Positions 50,636 to 64,000 of a DNA stretch of 64,000 nt are shown piece after piece. The stretch comes from Clavelina lepadiformis (Eukaryota). Where the stretch lies: positions 18,900,288 through 18,964,287 of the forward strand of contig NC_135246.1 in assembly GCF_947623445.1 (NCBI RefSeq), written 5' to 3'. A program made the translations under genes and the position numbers. A model generated the notes under the pieces. It did no database searches. It was given only the letters and a program-made list of their open reading frames with translations, and was not told the DNA's origin. Position 1 is the first letter of the stretch; each line of letters opens with the position of its first letter.

Positions 50636-53600
50636 GACCGGTTGGCATACTGGTATAGACAGTGGTGGGATTCAATCTAGTTAGCAACCGGTTCGCCTAC
50701 ATACCCATTGTTGAAGATCAACTTATTCTTTGTATGGGTAATAAAAAATACAAATATTTAGGTAATAATTTTATTTACCATAATAATCCATATACTTCCG
50801 TATAGACAGTTTATTGCTATTATGTGAAGCTTCAGTTGAATGTTTAACTCTGGTATCATGTGGTTTTTTCTTAACCACATTTTAACCGAATCTTTTGCGT
50901 TCCACAAATTAAGGGGGAGCCCAATCAATTTTATTATCAAAAGATTTGATACGTTATTAGCGACGAGGCGCTTTCTTTTGTTGCTATATATGAGATTCAT
51001 GCTCGAAAATCTTCGTTCTGCCTCAGCAGAGCTTAAAGCAATCGTATTTATAATATTTTTTGCTTTTAATGTAATTTGATTGTATCAGGAAACCTTCGAT
51101 TTGAGCGATTTTGCACCACATTTTCAACGTAGTCACGGAAATCGTTCACACAGGTTTCATGATGGAATTGCAGATACAAGTTGTAAACGATGACTCAAAT
51201 AGTGCCAAATGATAACATCTGGAAAGTCGTTTTGATGCCTTGTGCTAACTTCAGATAATTAATTTGCCAAGCATCACACTTGCTCCGTCAGAATACAAGG
51301 CAATTAAATTGCGCTTCAAATATTGGTTGTCAAATTCTACGTTGTTCAAATTTTAAGCAAATTTACATGTATTGTTTCAGCATCTTGTGCTTCCAACTCT
51401 ATACTAAATTTAAGAAAATTGTTGGCAAAAAATCATCATCTTCATTTTTAATGAAAATGATCAAAACTGCTTTGCTAGATATTGTTGAAGCTTCATCAAT
51501 AATAACAAAGATCTTCAGATTTTGTTGAATTATTTTGCCAAACGCTGTCTGTTTAATATGTCCATCAATATGCTCAACTATTTTGACAGCAGTTTTCCAC
51601 TCCCATATCAAATCCACTTTTTATCTGCAATTCAATTTCATCTTCTATGGATGAAAGCAGTAGGTTGCGTTTTGCAATACTCTAAACTGTATTGAAAACC
51701 TTTGCTGTAGAACTTACATATCTATCATTTCTTTTGTCAATAGCTTCGAGAATTTCAGGTTTCCCACGTTGTTTCAGTTCGACAACGCACAAATTGTGGG
51801 CTTCAGATGTGAAGTGTTCGTGCATTTTTCCGTTGAGACGCCTGTCTAATAATTCTATTTTTTCCTTGTCCTTTGATATTATGACTCGCCCATGATTTGG
51901 ATATTTGTAGGCTATAGACTTTATATTTAGAGTCCCAAGTTCAGCACATGCTTTGCAGCCTAGTTTTCTGTTAGTGACGAGCAAATATTCGTACTTTTCT
52001 TTGGACATTTCAGCCTGCTTTTGATTCCAACACTCAGGAAGTTCATTATTTACGCCATATTCGTTCTCTTCATCATCTATTGCAGTGGCTTCTAAACTTT
52101 TTCAACTTGTGGCACACTAGAAAAATTATAAAATGCTGGCGGCACACTTACAAGAGAAGAAAAGTTGCTTTTAAAAAAAAATTTTCAGGTGTTAATGCGA
52201 TGGATGACGAAGAGCAGCCTTGGTCACGAAGAGCAGCATTTCAGTCACTGAGCAGCAATTAAGCAATAGCAAGGTGCCGCTTTTTTGGTTACGACCCCGT
52301 CTTTGCAATGGACATATTGGGCACTCCTGACCTCAAGGCCGTAGCCAAGGTAAAGTTTTTACGGAGGCAAACACGTCAAGTATGCCGCTAGTGATCAATG
52401 TTGTTGGTGTGGTAGTATAGTATCATACCATAGTACTCGATATTGTATTACAACGGTAATGTCCGAGAAGGAGTAAATCGTAATAAAACTGTCCAACGAT
52501 TTTGAAAAAAAATAATTTTTTGTTTTTTTTCTGACGTTTTTTTATAGCTAAAGTTTGACAAACGTTTTGAACGCAAAAATTACTATCAACTTATTGCAAA
52601 ATTGTTCAAGTTATAAAACTTCAAAAGTACATTGTCACAAAAAACACAGTTGTTACAATTCAGTAATCAGTAGCCTATTGTACGTCGAATAAGCTTACAC
52701 TAAGAAAATAAAGGGTGAAAATTTCAAGCATAAAATTATAGGTCGCTACATGAATAAAAATTATGCTTTCGGCGCTGACTAGAAGATTATATTGACGATC
52801 ATTTACATTGATGACAACCATGGTTTGGGAACCGCTGATTTATAGTTAAAACGTTTGATGCCGAAGTAGGCCTATAGCAAAAGCAGTTTAAAAAATACAA
52901 CCAAGAAATACAGAAAATATAACAAATAAAACCAGTAAATACAACAAGAAAAGTAAGTTTTAGGAAAACGTAACCATGATATAAGAAAAAGAGTCTGCAT
53001 GTTCCAATATCCACATATAGCTTACGTTTTATTTCTTTATTTATAGGCCTAATTCAAAACCAGGGTATTAAACTAATTTATACTATAACGCCTTGAGTGG
53101 CATTCTGAACACATAGCCTATATACTTCGCAAGGGTTTAAGCAAAGTTTCTTCTGTTGTTGTTGTTTTAGCTACTTTATAAGATCAAACGTTTGATGTCA
53201 TTGATAATACGAGCTCGTCATTCAGACTTTTAGGCGGTTATTTCGCACATGACAATTTTTCATGATGTCACTTAACTTGTGAGTTATAAATATCCTTAAA
53301 TATAACATGTTTCAATCAGTTACAAGCACATGGTGAAAACCTCAATTCTATTTTTATAACATAATGTTGCAAAATGTGCCAAAATTATGAGGTAAACTGT
53401 TTAGTTTTCCTTTTCGATTAGGTAACTTAAACCAATTACAGTATAGTTGTTTTTGCTTAAGGCTCAAATGTTACGTGGGGTGATTTAGTGGCCCCGCGTC
53501 CCGTGTAATTAAGTTGTAAACATGGTTTCTGTTTTTCTAAGCAATTAACTGTAGATTTGTTGGTGTAACAGGGGCTTCGATTCGGTAAGCGCCTAGTAGC

Positions 53601-53907
53601 TGGTATGGATTCAGAATCACTGCCGCGCAAGAAAGATCTGATTCAATGCAACAACCAGATAACTGGTCCGGGAAATCGTTTTATTGAAGACAGTTGAAGT
53701 ATAAATGACGTCTTTGAAGGATATCATTCCAACAAACAAACCAGCTTACTTCGCTTGATTTTAAAATAATTGGCATATGGGCATGTCTGACTATCACTAA
53801 TCTCAGTTATAAGATAATGAAGATCTTTTTTATTTTAACGAATTACATTTGTTTCATAGGAGTAAAAATAACAAAGTAGGCCTAAAGCATCAATTGCAGC
53901 TACAAAT

Positions 53908-56900
53908 ATGACCGAAGAACAGCAACCTCCAACTGCAAAATCATTGCAAAGTATGTATTATGAAGAATTACATGATTTAAACCAAAAATCTTTGTAAAAG
54001 TGTCAAGTGTGTGCTTTTAATATATTAATTCATTAGTAACGTCATGAAAATGTCACTATTTTATACATTTGCTTGTGCTTACACACTGTTTAAGCAAAGC
54101 TTTTAAACGTTGCAGTTGAGTTGCAAAATGAAAAGCAGAAATATCAAAATCTCTCGTCCACTCTTCAACGTGAACAGGAATGTAACGGGCAGCTGTCTAC
54201 CAAGCTTGCGGCATTAAACCAAGAAATGAGTGTTGTCTTCCAGAATAATCACAAACACATCGTCACATTGAAGTATGTATAAAACGGAATTGAGAAGTTG
54301 GTTAGGTTTTCTCTGCATAGAAACTTTTTTGCCAGGTCGTGGATGGATCACACCACCGCGGAATTGGTTTTTACCCAAAATAAAGTGAAAGAACTGAACG
54401 AGAGAAACGCGAATAAAAGGGAGGAAAGAAAACAACAAATAGAAAAAATGCAAAAAATATGTGACCAACTTGCTAGCGATATCAAGGCTAGTGTGATAAC
54501 GATAACAATATTGCGAATTATGAACTGCACTTAGAGGTATCTCTTACCAATACCTTGTCAAAAATAACATTTTATTTTGCTAACTTGGTTTAAAATTCTA
54601 GTGGATGCAGAGATCGAGCAATACATTTTGCGAATTTCACCAGAAAAATGCAAATGTTCTTAAAAACGAGTTTATGCAACTGACAAACAAGTAAGTATGT
54701 AATCTAGGTATATTGTAATTTTGAGCAAATAACATGGTTGAATACAGTTTTGAAACTATCGATCTCATTTATTTGATGTAACACTTCTGCTCCCTTATTT
54801 GTAAACGTAAGCATATGCCTACGACATTCTTGGGTGCCTGATCTCGCCTATACTCGTAAATAAAAACTCTTGCGATAGATAAGTCATACTCATGCTCGCA
54901 GAAAATACATGTTTAGCTAAATACTACATTTGCTTGATGCTTTAAACCGTTTGTTTTTGTTGCTTTTACTGTGTTTTTAAAATCTAATTAAACCCTTTTA
55001 AGACCTAATCTTTTTAAAACCTGATAGCTTCTTGATTAATATCACCACGACTTAATAAACAAATTTTGCATTTTTCTAAACGTATCATCTAGTTTTGAAG
55101 AAATGGTAGCTGCAGGAGAAACAGAGCGGGACATACGTTTGAACCTTCGTACTGTTTTGCAACAAAAAATGTTTTTTTCCGGTGCAACAAGAGACACGTT
55201 GAAGAAGATGCTGAATAAAATTGATAACCTCCAAAATATTGCCTGTAAGTATTATTGATCAGTGGTTAGCATATATCATAATATAATGGGCCAATACTTG
55301 ATCAAGATAACTACAGATACGATAAAACCTTTTTTAGGAAATGTGATGCATATCTACAATAGATTTGAAATGAGATTCTTGGCTACGAATAAAGGATAAG
55401 CCGTATTCTTCCAAACATTGCATTTCGGTGTCATGATACTCCAGACAAAAACATAATTTTGCCTCAGAGTATTAGACATTTATTCAGTATGTCACAAATC
55501 TTACCACCAATCTTCCTTTCTTACTGCAGTAAAAACATTTGAAAACTTTCATTGCGTACAAGTTAAGAATAAATGCCTGCACGACACTTTTGCTGTCAAT
55601 ATTGTTTGTATTCTAAAAGCTACTGTATGTTGTGTATTAATAATAAGTTAGGATTCTCGCTTTTCTTCATTTTATTTTTGTCTTATTCTCTCGTCCTCAA
55701 TGATATAGTAGTTTATACGTTGCTGATAAAATTTCTAAATTTGGATTTTGGAACGAGCGAATTGTGCGTGTCCGTTTGTTATTTAATACGTTGTTCTGCT
55801 TATGGATTTATTTTGCCTTTCAATTTTTGTACATGCTCCTTGTATAAAAAATAATCTGATACTTTACATATTTTAATTATTAATTTTAGTTTGTTTAAAT
55901 CATTAGTGATGAGAATAATGTGAATTACTTGTTGATAACATACTTGTATATTAGTTAAAGTAGTTGCTGAAGATGCTCTTAGTGATAAGTTTTAAATTAA
56001 CAACAAAAATATCAATATATGGCAGGGTTGCCGGAGATACAAATATATTTCAACAATTACGTAATTTCTAACCAACAGAACCTTTGTCCAAAACAATGCA
56101 AATTTGAAACCAAAATCCATAGTATCATAAAATATACTCTTACTTTTAAATATGAGCGCTGCACACTAAGCTATTACGATAAAAATGTAAAAAGCTAGTT
56201 TTGGGTCTCCAAAAACAAGTTAGGCGTAGGATCAACTGCAAATGCAAGATTAAAACAAGTTAAGCTACCAGAGTTAAAATCATGTCAAACAATGTAAACA
56301 TTCAATTCAACGAATAACAACGTTTAGCAATTTCAAAATAATGTATAGGCTACAGGTCGTTTTCAGCTGGTCGGCGCTAACGCTAATGTACTATATATAC
56401 CTATTCGTACATAGGCTTATTCGAAATAAACTTTGTGCTTGACTTGCATAGTTCATACTGAACAGACTTGTTCATAGCAGTCGTTTGTTTCTGCTTGAAA
56501 GGAAGTGCGTAGGATTCAAAGCACTGTATAACAAGAACTAAATGACATATTTTCAAACATTTTATCGCGTAAAAGAATTCATATGCAACTGACCTGATCG
56601 AAATCTTTACAATCCAATGCCCAGAGCGTTCGTAATTTAAAAATGAATCAAACTGGGTTAAAAATTTCCATTGTTAAGTACAGGCGATCGAAAAATCTTG
56701 CCACCTCATAAAATTAGCGGCGTTAAATCGGAAAGGGTCTGTTTTCCAAGCAACGTCTCCACAAGTACCCTGGTAACTCAATTTGTTACTGCTCTAGCCT
56801 ATCACTGTATAGCACGAAGCTGTCGTTTAACGGATGACTGATTTATTTTGCTTTGAAATTTTACAAGAGGCTTCATGAAATCACTAATCGTAGGTGTATT

Positions 56901-59823
56901 AGTTTATTGTAACATGATATTGTTTGTTTATTTTTAATATTTACTTGATTTATATCGATCCTTTATCTGAAAGCTGCATAAAGCAGCTGTTTTTCAATTA
57001 TGGTGAACGATTTTAACTTATTTTGTACAATGCTGTTTCGTATGTGCTTTTGCTTTTATTTATCAATGGAATAAGTGATCGAATGATTTATAGCTATAGA
57101 AATTTTGGTCAGATTGTTGTAGTTATACAATAAGCATACAGGAATGTTTATTTAGCATTGTATTGAACTTGACATTTCTACTCTTTTAGAAGTAAAATAC
57201 AAGAAAATAAAACGTTTACTTCAAGAGTGAATTGACCACTATAGAAGTGACAGAAAACTTGAGAACTCCTGTTGTCTAGAGAGTAAATTTCCCTTTTTTT
57301 CGAGTAAAACTCCCATCCGTTCAAAAGAATAAAACGGAAACACTCTTTCGGAAGGAAGAGAGGTAAAAGAATAAAAAAGAACGGATTTTGTTTAGAGTGT
57401 AAGCAAGCCGTTAGCATATAGCCTACTTCACATGTTAGTTGGCAATCGATAAACAAAATTTTAATAAGAATAGCCACCTGACACTGTAAAATGAACAGTA
57501 ACATCTAACCATAAAAAAAACTGTTTCTTCACTTTTTATGTGCGACGCAATCACGCAATCACGCAATCACGCAATCACGCAACCACGCAAACACGCAACC
57601 ACGCAACCACGCAACCACGCAACCACGCAACCACGCAACCACGCAACCACGCAACCACGCAACCACGCAACCACGCAACCACGCAACCACGCAACCACAC
57701 AACCACGCAACCACGCAACCACGCAAACACGCAACCATTATTTGCATCATTCAGGTACGAATAAAATAACAGTTGGTTGTTGCAGGTTGCGATCATTCGC
57801 CTTTAAAAGCATTGCACGCTTACCTAGGCATTCCTCATAATTATGACGTGTTTGGCCACGCTTTTCCCTTCTGGCATTAACAATTTTAGTTTCAGGTTCT
57901 TTGTGACCAATCAGATCATTAACGTCTGTTGTCAAACCTCACCAAAAAAACGTCGACGTAACTAAAATCAAAAAGGAACAGTTTTAGCTCAAGCAAGAGC
58001 CTGAAAATAAGAACGTTTCATGTTCCTCTATTCTAGAACTGCTTCGATATACTTCTTTGAATATTTTAGACGTTCAGGTTTTAGATTGATTGATTTGATT
58101 GATTTCAGAATTCATTAGAAGAGCTTGTAGCAATGAGCTCAATGGACAATAACCGTAAGTATTATGGCAAATTACCAACTGAAAACAATGAACTTACATG
58201 AAAATTTAGTAACTTAATTGTCAGTTTATAGAACGACATGTTTATACAACTTATTGCTCTTTGCTTGGTATAATTTTGTTATAACTTAAGTTTACAATAG
58301 AGGGTCAGAGGTTTGAAAATGAACAAGAAGACGCGGTCATCACTGACCTTCGCACCTCACTTAACACTGAAAAAAAGAGATCAGAAGATCTTCTTGATAC
58401 TCTTGAAAGCGTACAGAAAAGCAACCTGGAGTTATTATGCGATATTGCGACTTTAGACCAAGACATGAGAAAGTGCAACGACAAGGACCAGCGCCAAATC
58501 GTTACATTGACGTAGGTGGATGAGATAGAAAAGATGGTGTTGATATTCAATATTTTGGTGATGTTGTTTCTGCCTACAACCAACTTCTTTGTCAGATCAA
58601 GCTTGGAGCTGGCGAAAAGAAATTTGGAATTTTCCAAACACGAAGTTAACGAGTTGGAAGATCAACACAGAAGAGAAGAATTAGAGGTGCAGCAACGAGG
58701 AGACATGTTGCATAGACAGATAGAACAACAACAGCAAAGTTTAACGGCAAGTAAAATTGTTAGGATGCCATTATTTCATCAGAAAATTGTGCGTTCGAAG
58801 CTGTTTTTCACAGCTTCTTAACCTAAGTTAAACGCAACCTAGCTCTAACATAACAAAATTTTTTTTACCCCGGTCTACATTTATCTCAATGTTACTTCAA
58901 TGAAATGTTAAATACCTGTAGCTAAAATAACCGTTTGTCCTTAACAATATACTGCTTAACCTACCCAACACGCTAAAATGGTCACTTTCAATTTGCAATC
59001 AAAATTGGAATCAATGAAATGCATTAAAGCGTTTCTTGGTCCCTTATTTAGAAAAATACGACCTTTAATTTAAATAAATTTAACTAACAAAGTCTCAATT
59101 AAAATTCAGGTGCTGAAAAACGATTTCCATATGAAAAGCTTTCAGAATCAGGAAATCCTCAGGACATTTAGAAAAGAAATTGCACTTCTGAATGACATGT
59201 GCGTGCATGCTTTGGTTACAAGTAAAGTTTTAGCTCACAGTACTGTACGTGTGAAATACTTTGTTGAAACATATTTCAAACGAACGCCCCTGTTTCGCTT
59301 TTTCGTGAACACATAAGTGACTACTTTTGAAACATTAGAAAATCATGCCTCCGTAATAAGTTCCTGTTCCAGTGAGTAACAACTTATAGAAAAAAACCAA
59401 CCTGATTGTGCATGGAATGTGTTCATTTGTAATGATAATTACTCAAGTTTGGGTTTGAAATGGTCGTTGCTTTATTACACTAAAAAAACTTTATTGTCCG
59501 CGAAATGCCAATTTTTCATCAATCAATGATTTCTATCTCTACTGCAGATGTGGGGAAATGCTAGATTATGAGAACACCGAGTCGAGTAGGTGTGAAGCGC
59601 TTCGTGCCGCGTTGGATTGTAAAACGACTTACAGCCCTCATAAAGTAGATGAAATGCAGAGCCTGCGGCACAAAATCAGCGAAATGCAAACAATCTTGGG
59701 TAAATATTGCTCACAAGTTATCAGATGTTTTCGTAATAAACCAAACGTTTATCAAGCTAGTTTATTACAAAGATAACAAATCTTGCAGAGAAGCTATTGT
59801 TATGTTCAAAAGAAGAAACTTGA
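53908..59823 (+). CDS. Unidentified multi-exon coiled-coil protein gene (partial or uncertain model)
   Basis: Candidate exons (+): 53908-53950 (MTEEQQPPTAKSLQ; first ATG after in-frame stops), 54116-54272, 54320-54491, 54602-54690, 55093-55244, then a break, then 58109-58154, 58301-58511, 58596-58746, 59110-59221, 59548-59699 (or 59561-59699), 59789-59823. Phases chain for exons 1-5 and again for 58109-59221. A phase mismatch between 55244 and 58109, and another between 59221 and 59548, implies missing micro-exon(s) or two separate genes. Products are K/E/Q-rich heptad-like, for example ELQNEKQKYQNLSSTLQREQECNGQLSTKLAALNQEM and SSLELAKRNLEFSKHEVNELEDQHRREELEVQQRGDMLHRQIEQQQQSLT. Confidence 0.4.
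57541..57745. repeat. 8-bp minisatellite (ACGCAAYC)n, about 25 copies
   Basis: cacgcaat appears 4 times, then cacgcaac about 20 times with a few cacgcaaa / cacacaac variants. It lies in an intron of the coiled-coil gene. The overlapping six-frame ORFs (57538..57840, 57540..57764, 57559..57750, 57575..57796) are repeat-driven artefacts. Confidence 0.9.
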
Positions 59824-62800
59824 AGTGAACGTGAATGTTGATGGAGATAATATGCACTATAGTAGTCCAGATCGCTTACAGAAGACGAAACGAAACCAAA
59901 CAAATTCTTAACATATTAAGCAGTAGCGTTTTTTGCAGTGATTTAGACACAACTTAAACTTTTCTATGTAGTATTTGTCTTAAACTTGTAAGCCAAAAAG
60001 ATAATTGTCTGTTTTTTGATTCAAGTTAAGGACATGGTAGTAATACGCTAATGGGGAGATTCTTTGGATTTTCATTTTCGGAGAAGTGGACTGCGTGTGT
60101 TTGTTTTGCTACATCTTATATTTTTGACTTTTTCTTTACTATTGTTGCTTGTTGAATTAAACAATTTTGACCCTTTGCTTTTTGTTTCGTTTTACATTTA
60201 CCATGTATTGTGATATATATATATATGAGTCTTATGACGTAAATATTGCTATTTATTTTGATACAAGCCACAAAACACATCTTACACTTAATAATTTTTA
60301 AAACAGCTACCAATCTTGACAATTGACACCTACTTGCATCAAGCCTTAAGAGTTGCAAAATGATTTTTGTTAAGTAAAAAATGACCCAGATAACCTTCGG
60401 GCGATTGTTTTGTCGGTTAAAAAAGAATAAAAAGCACGGTTATGGAAACACTAACGTAACAATGGTCTAGCATTTAGTCCTTCGTTACACGCTTCGCTTT
60501 GATAGGTGAAAACAATACAAAGCTCCCTACTATGTAGCTCTTAACATGTCCAAAGCAACAATGAATGCTACTTTACTGCCACTCTTTGAAGAAATCACTC
60601 GACGACAAAAACGTTGAAGAATGAGTTTATCTTCAATGAAAGTACAGCAGTATGGAGTCTATGGACCGTCATATACTCCATGCTTGTACATTCAACTCAA
60701 ATGTTCGGGCAACCGATATCACGCATTAACACATCTGTACATTGTTCTTGTGATCATGTTTCCATTCAGTCCGTTGAGAATAAAATTGACGTCACAATTG
60801 CTTTTGTCTAGAAGAATGGTCCAAAAACTCAAACGAGCTCAAATATTTCTGGAGCATTGTTTAAGATGATGGAGACCCCAAAACAACTGAAACATGCGTA
60901 AACGTTTGACGATGCTGGCGGTAAAAACGCCATCTAATCACAAATTAAGTAATTTCGGAATAGCGCATACGCTTCGAATACGCAAAAGCAGAAGGTGTTG
61001 AAAAGCCACACGGTTCAGGTGGCTCATGGCTGTGATTCTAACCGTCACACGTTCAAATCAGTTCCTAGTTTGACTTGATTGATTTGTTAAGAAAAGAAGC
61101 ATTTGCAATTCTTTGTGAAACGTTCTAGGCCGTAGCCAGAGAAAAGCTCTTGCGGAAGCGGAAGCAAATATGTCAAGTACGTTCCGGGTTAAGTATGTTG
61201 TTATAAGTACAGTATATAATTTAACACTAGAAATGTTTTGTGCCAGAATTCCGCAAAGGTTCAGGCAAACATCTCATTTCACTCGATCGCTAAGACCTAG
61301 AAGTTGTTTATTAAATGAAACGTATATAAGGGTTTTGTCTTTGCCGTGTAGAAGACTGCTCGATGTAATTATTTCACAATTAGTATGGATCCAAATCGAC
61401 ATTTCTCGCAAGCAAGTTTTACGTTTGTGTAAAATAACCAACTAATCGAAATGCCTAATCTGCAGTCTTAAAATATTTGTGTGAATCCAGCTTTTCTGTT
61501 GAATTTGCGTTCTTCTGGGAACAATCAATAAATCTTCTCTTTGAAATCCATTTTGGAATTGTAGCCTACTTCTATGTACGCATAACTATCAAATTTTTGG
61601 GAAACAAATACACGTGGTTTACTTCTAATTTGTTCAACGGAACCAACTGAGTCCCGAAATCGAAAGGGGGATCACTTTTATTGGAAAGTTTGTCTGCTGC
61701 GTTTAGACTGAATGCGGCCCATAGGTTCAGTGAGGTCATTACACAAAGTAACCATCATCCAGTATGGATTTTTATTCAAAAAAATTAATAGGAAGTAGTA
61801 ACTAAAAGTGCGATTCTATATCGCTTTTATATGCGAGAAACATATAAAAATTGAGCTGGGTGGTGCGGATGTAAAACGTACTACTACATAAAATATACCG
61901 TAAATGTGGCACATTTTGGTGCAAAAAATATACTAGTACCATTAGATTCGGTGTTATTTACAGAATTCTTCCTCCCGTCCATTAACTTTACATTCCAAAA
62001 CTGTCTCTGCAGTAAAAACTTTGTCAAGACTGTTTCCCAAATCATCACATAAATAAGGAAAGGCTGTCGGGGTTGCGTATCTTACACTTGTTGCGAAATA
62101 GTCAAGTTCTGAAAGTTTTATGAGTGTTTTACCCAATTAATGACAGATATCCCGTTGTAACTTTTAATGCTTTTGTTTGGTTTTAGACACCTGTGCTAAC
62201 CAAAAAGTTTCAGACAACAATTTGCTCACAGTGTTTAACTGCTTTTCATCAAAAACACCAAACCAAGGTAATTTCACTGCGGTTCATGTTGTTTTATAAC
62301 AATGATATGACTTAACATATAATTATGATATAACTATAGGGCCTATGTGTGTACCCATAAGTTAATATGTACTTATGTGGTTTAAAATAGATATGTAAAG
62401 AACAAGGTTTACTGCAATAAAGATCAACTTAAGTATGGTACTATGACTAAGTTATTATGTTACAAGACAGTCGAGCCGCGAAGAATGAAAAATTAATTAT
62501 TAAAAGTTAAATTACTAAGGTAGAAATAGTTTTAATAATTCTATGAAGCATTAGATGCTTCATCACATGTGGATTTGTGATAGAAAAACATTGTGCTGTG
62601 GAATATATTTGCTGTTGTATGCAATCAAAGCATCTGGGTTTCCACTTATAAAGTGAAAAAATGACTTTTATTAAGTCTAGGTATCCTAATTTGTTAGACA
62701 CGGCGGTGGGCAAAGTTTGATATTCCGGTTTTTTCTAAATTTGCCACAATTTTTTCACTTCACACCATCAAGTATTTCTTATTTTTTTGTGTATTTTCTT

Positions 62801-63459
62801 ATTTTTTACTCTATCATTATTCAGTTGTTCTTGAAAATCGAAAAATTCTGGTGAAAAGACTCATCAAACAACTGAAATGGTTCTATAAGAAAGGACGGGA
62901 TGATATTTGGTGGTGTAAAGGTAATTTCATTTCACTTTTGCAGCTGCTTAGTAAAAGCATCCACGCCAACAAGATCACATCAAGCACAAGAACACCAAAA
63001 ATACAAAGTGTATGAAATGCATGCAGGATATGTGCAAATGTACATCAATCACATATCCTTGTGTTGTACAAAACACAGTATAGCGAATGTTCCATTACAC
63101 ACAAAAAAGTTAGCAGTCTAACCGCAACCTACCTTTGCTTGTCTCTATTGTACCTTGTACCTATAGCTTATTGTAATGTAGGCTTTCTAGCTTTTACAGC
63201 AAGCTTAAAGGCTTTATAATTGCTTCATATTTTATTATGTTTATATGTAGGCTTTTGATAACAACTTCTAAAAACAACTTGCGACAGTTAACAATGTTTG
63301 TCGTACAATTTATCGTCACAAACAAACACTTGCAGCTGTGGCCTATAACAATATCAGTCATAAATGTAGCCTAAACATTTCTAATTCTAATTTTTTACAA
63401 TCCGGCACATAATAGCCAGATTCAGCAACTATTATGTTTATTTAGGTGAAAACCAGCGT

Positions 63460-63705
63460 AGATACATTTCCTTGCTTACTGACGTCCATGAACTCTTTGA
63501 TGAGAAGTTGACAGAGAAAGCAGCTGAACTCTTCCCACAAATACTGAACCTGAACCGAACTAAGCTAAACTCGTCCTCTACCGCCATCTTGTGTGAGCTA
63601 CTGATTAAACAAAATAAATTGAAGGAGCTTTATCTGTGGGACTGCTTCTCGAACACCGACGACGTTGGCAGAATAATTTCGGCAATCATAAATTTACCCA
63701 GAAAG
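63460..63705 (+). CDS. Leucine-rich-repeat (ribonuclease-inhibitor / NLR-type LRR) coding exon; gene truncated by window end
   Basis: ORF 63472..63750 translates to ...KLTEKAAELFPQILNLNRTKLNSSSTAILCELLIKQNKLKELYLWDCFSNTDDVGRIISAIINLPRK, followed by the donor AAG|gtctgtg. It shows the LxxLxLxxNxL...xxxLcxxL periodicity of RNI-like LRRs. There is not enough sequence to name the gene. Confidence 0.35.
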
Positions 63706-64000
63706 GTCTGTGATTTTTTTCATTTTTTATCGTTTTCGTTGATTAATTGAAAATCCGGTAATAATGCGCTTTTGCATCGCAATGTGACGTCACAATTATG
63801 AGCATGTTAAATTTGATCAAAATTGAAATTTAAACCTTAAAAATTGAAGATAGTTTTCCGACTGTAATCCCAGGATATATTTCTGCAACTATACAGCACT
63901 CGATGTCGCTTGTAATTGGTTGCTCAAAATTCGTTTATTTTGTTTGAAAAATCATGAATTTTCTGTTGCTTCAGCAGGTTTAAGCCTGCATTGGTATGGT

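Noticed and set aside
57538-57840. ORFs encoding HATTQPRN / CVVAWLRG repeats
   Set aside because: They are generated by the 8-bp (ACGCAAYC)n minisatellite read in all frames. They are not genes.

Overview
This window is not prokaryotic. It reads as an AT-rich, intron-rich metazoan (invertebrate-like) nuclear region: multi-exon genes with GT-AG and a few GC-AG introns, polypyrimidine acceptors, MITE-like repeats and microsatellites. No operons, CRISPR arrays, rRNA or mobile defence islands are visible. Seven protein-coding loci are supported by recognisable conserved motifs and/or self-consistent splice-phase chains.

- A 22-exon TMC (transmembrane channel-like) gene on the + strand, about 2737-12989.
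- An intronless TRAPPC8 homologue, 1261 aa, on the - strand, 15781-19566.
- A 5-exon D-amino-acid / D-aspartate oxidase-like gene on the - strand, about 23297-25239, ending in an -SNL peroxisomal signal.
- A 19-exon gene on the + strand (about 33828-41399) encoding a roughly 946-aa serine-rich protein with a C-terminal coiled coil; its identity is unknown.
- A 6-exon thymidylate synthase gene on the - strand, 44903-46458.
- A single-exon METTL27/WBSCR27-like SAM methyltransferase on the - strand, 48181-48891.
- A multi-exon coiled-coil gene on the + strand, about 53908-59823, whose exon connectivity is incomplete.

There is also an orphan single-exon ORF for a 256-aa highly acidic protein (29568-30338, - strand) embedded in G/A-homopolymer repeat clusters, and an NLR-type LRR exon cut by the window end.

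Repeats include a roughly 475-bp MITE with nested inverted repeats, a TIR-bounded (GGAGCY)n element, an 8-bp minisatellite, AGGTCA tandem arrays and a dispersed short repeat family.

No single obviously novel 'system' is evident. The most noteworthy observations are the intronless TRAPPC8 and METTL27-like genes amid intron-rich neighbours, the apparent GC-AG introns, the acidic orphan ORF and the TIR elements.

All coordinates not taken directly from the ORF track are hand-derived and may be off by 1-2 nt.
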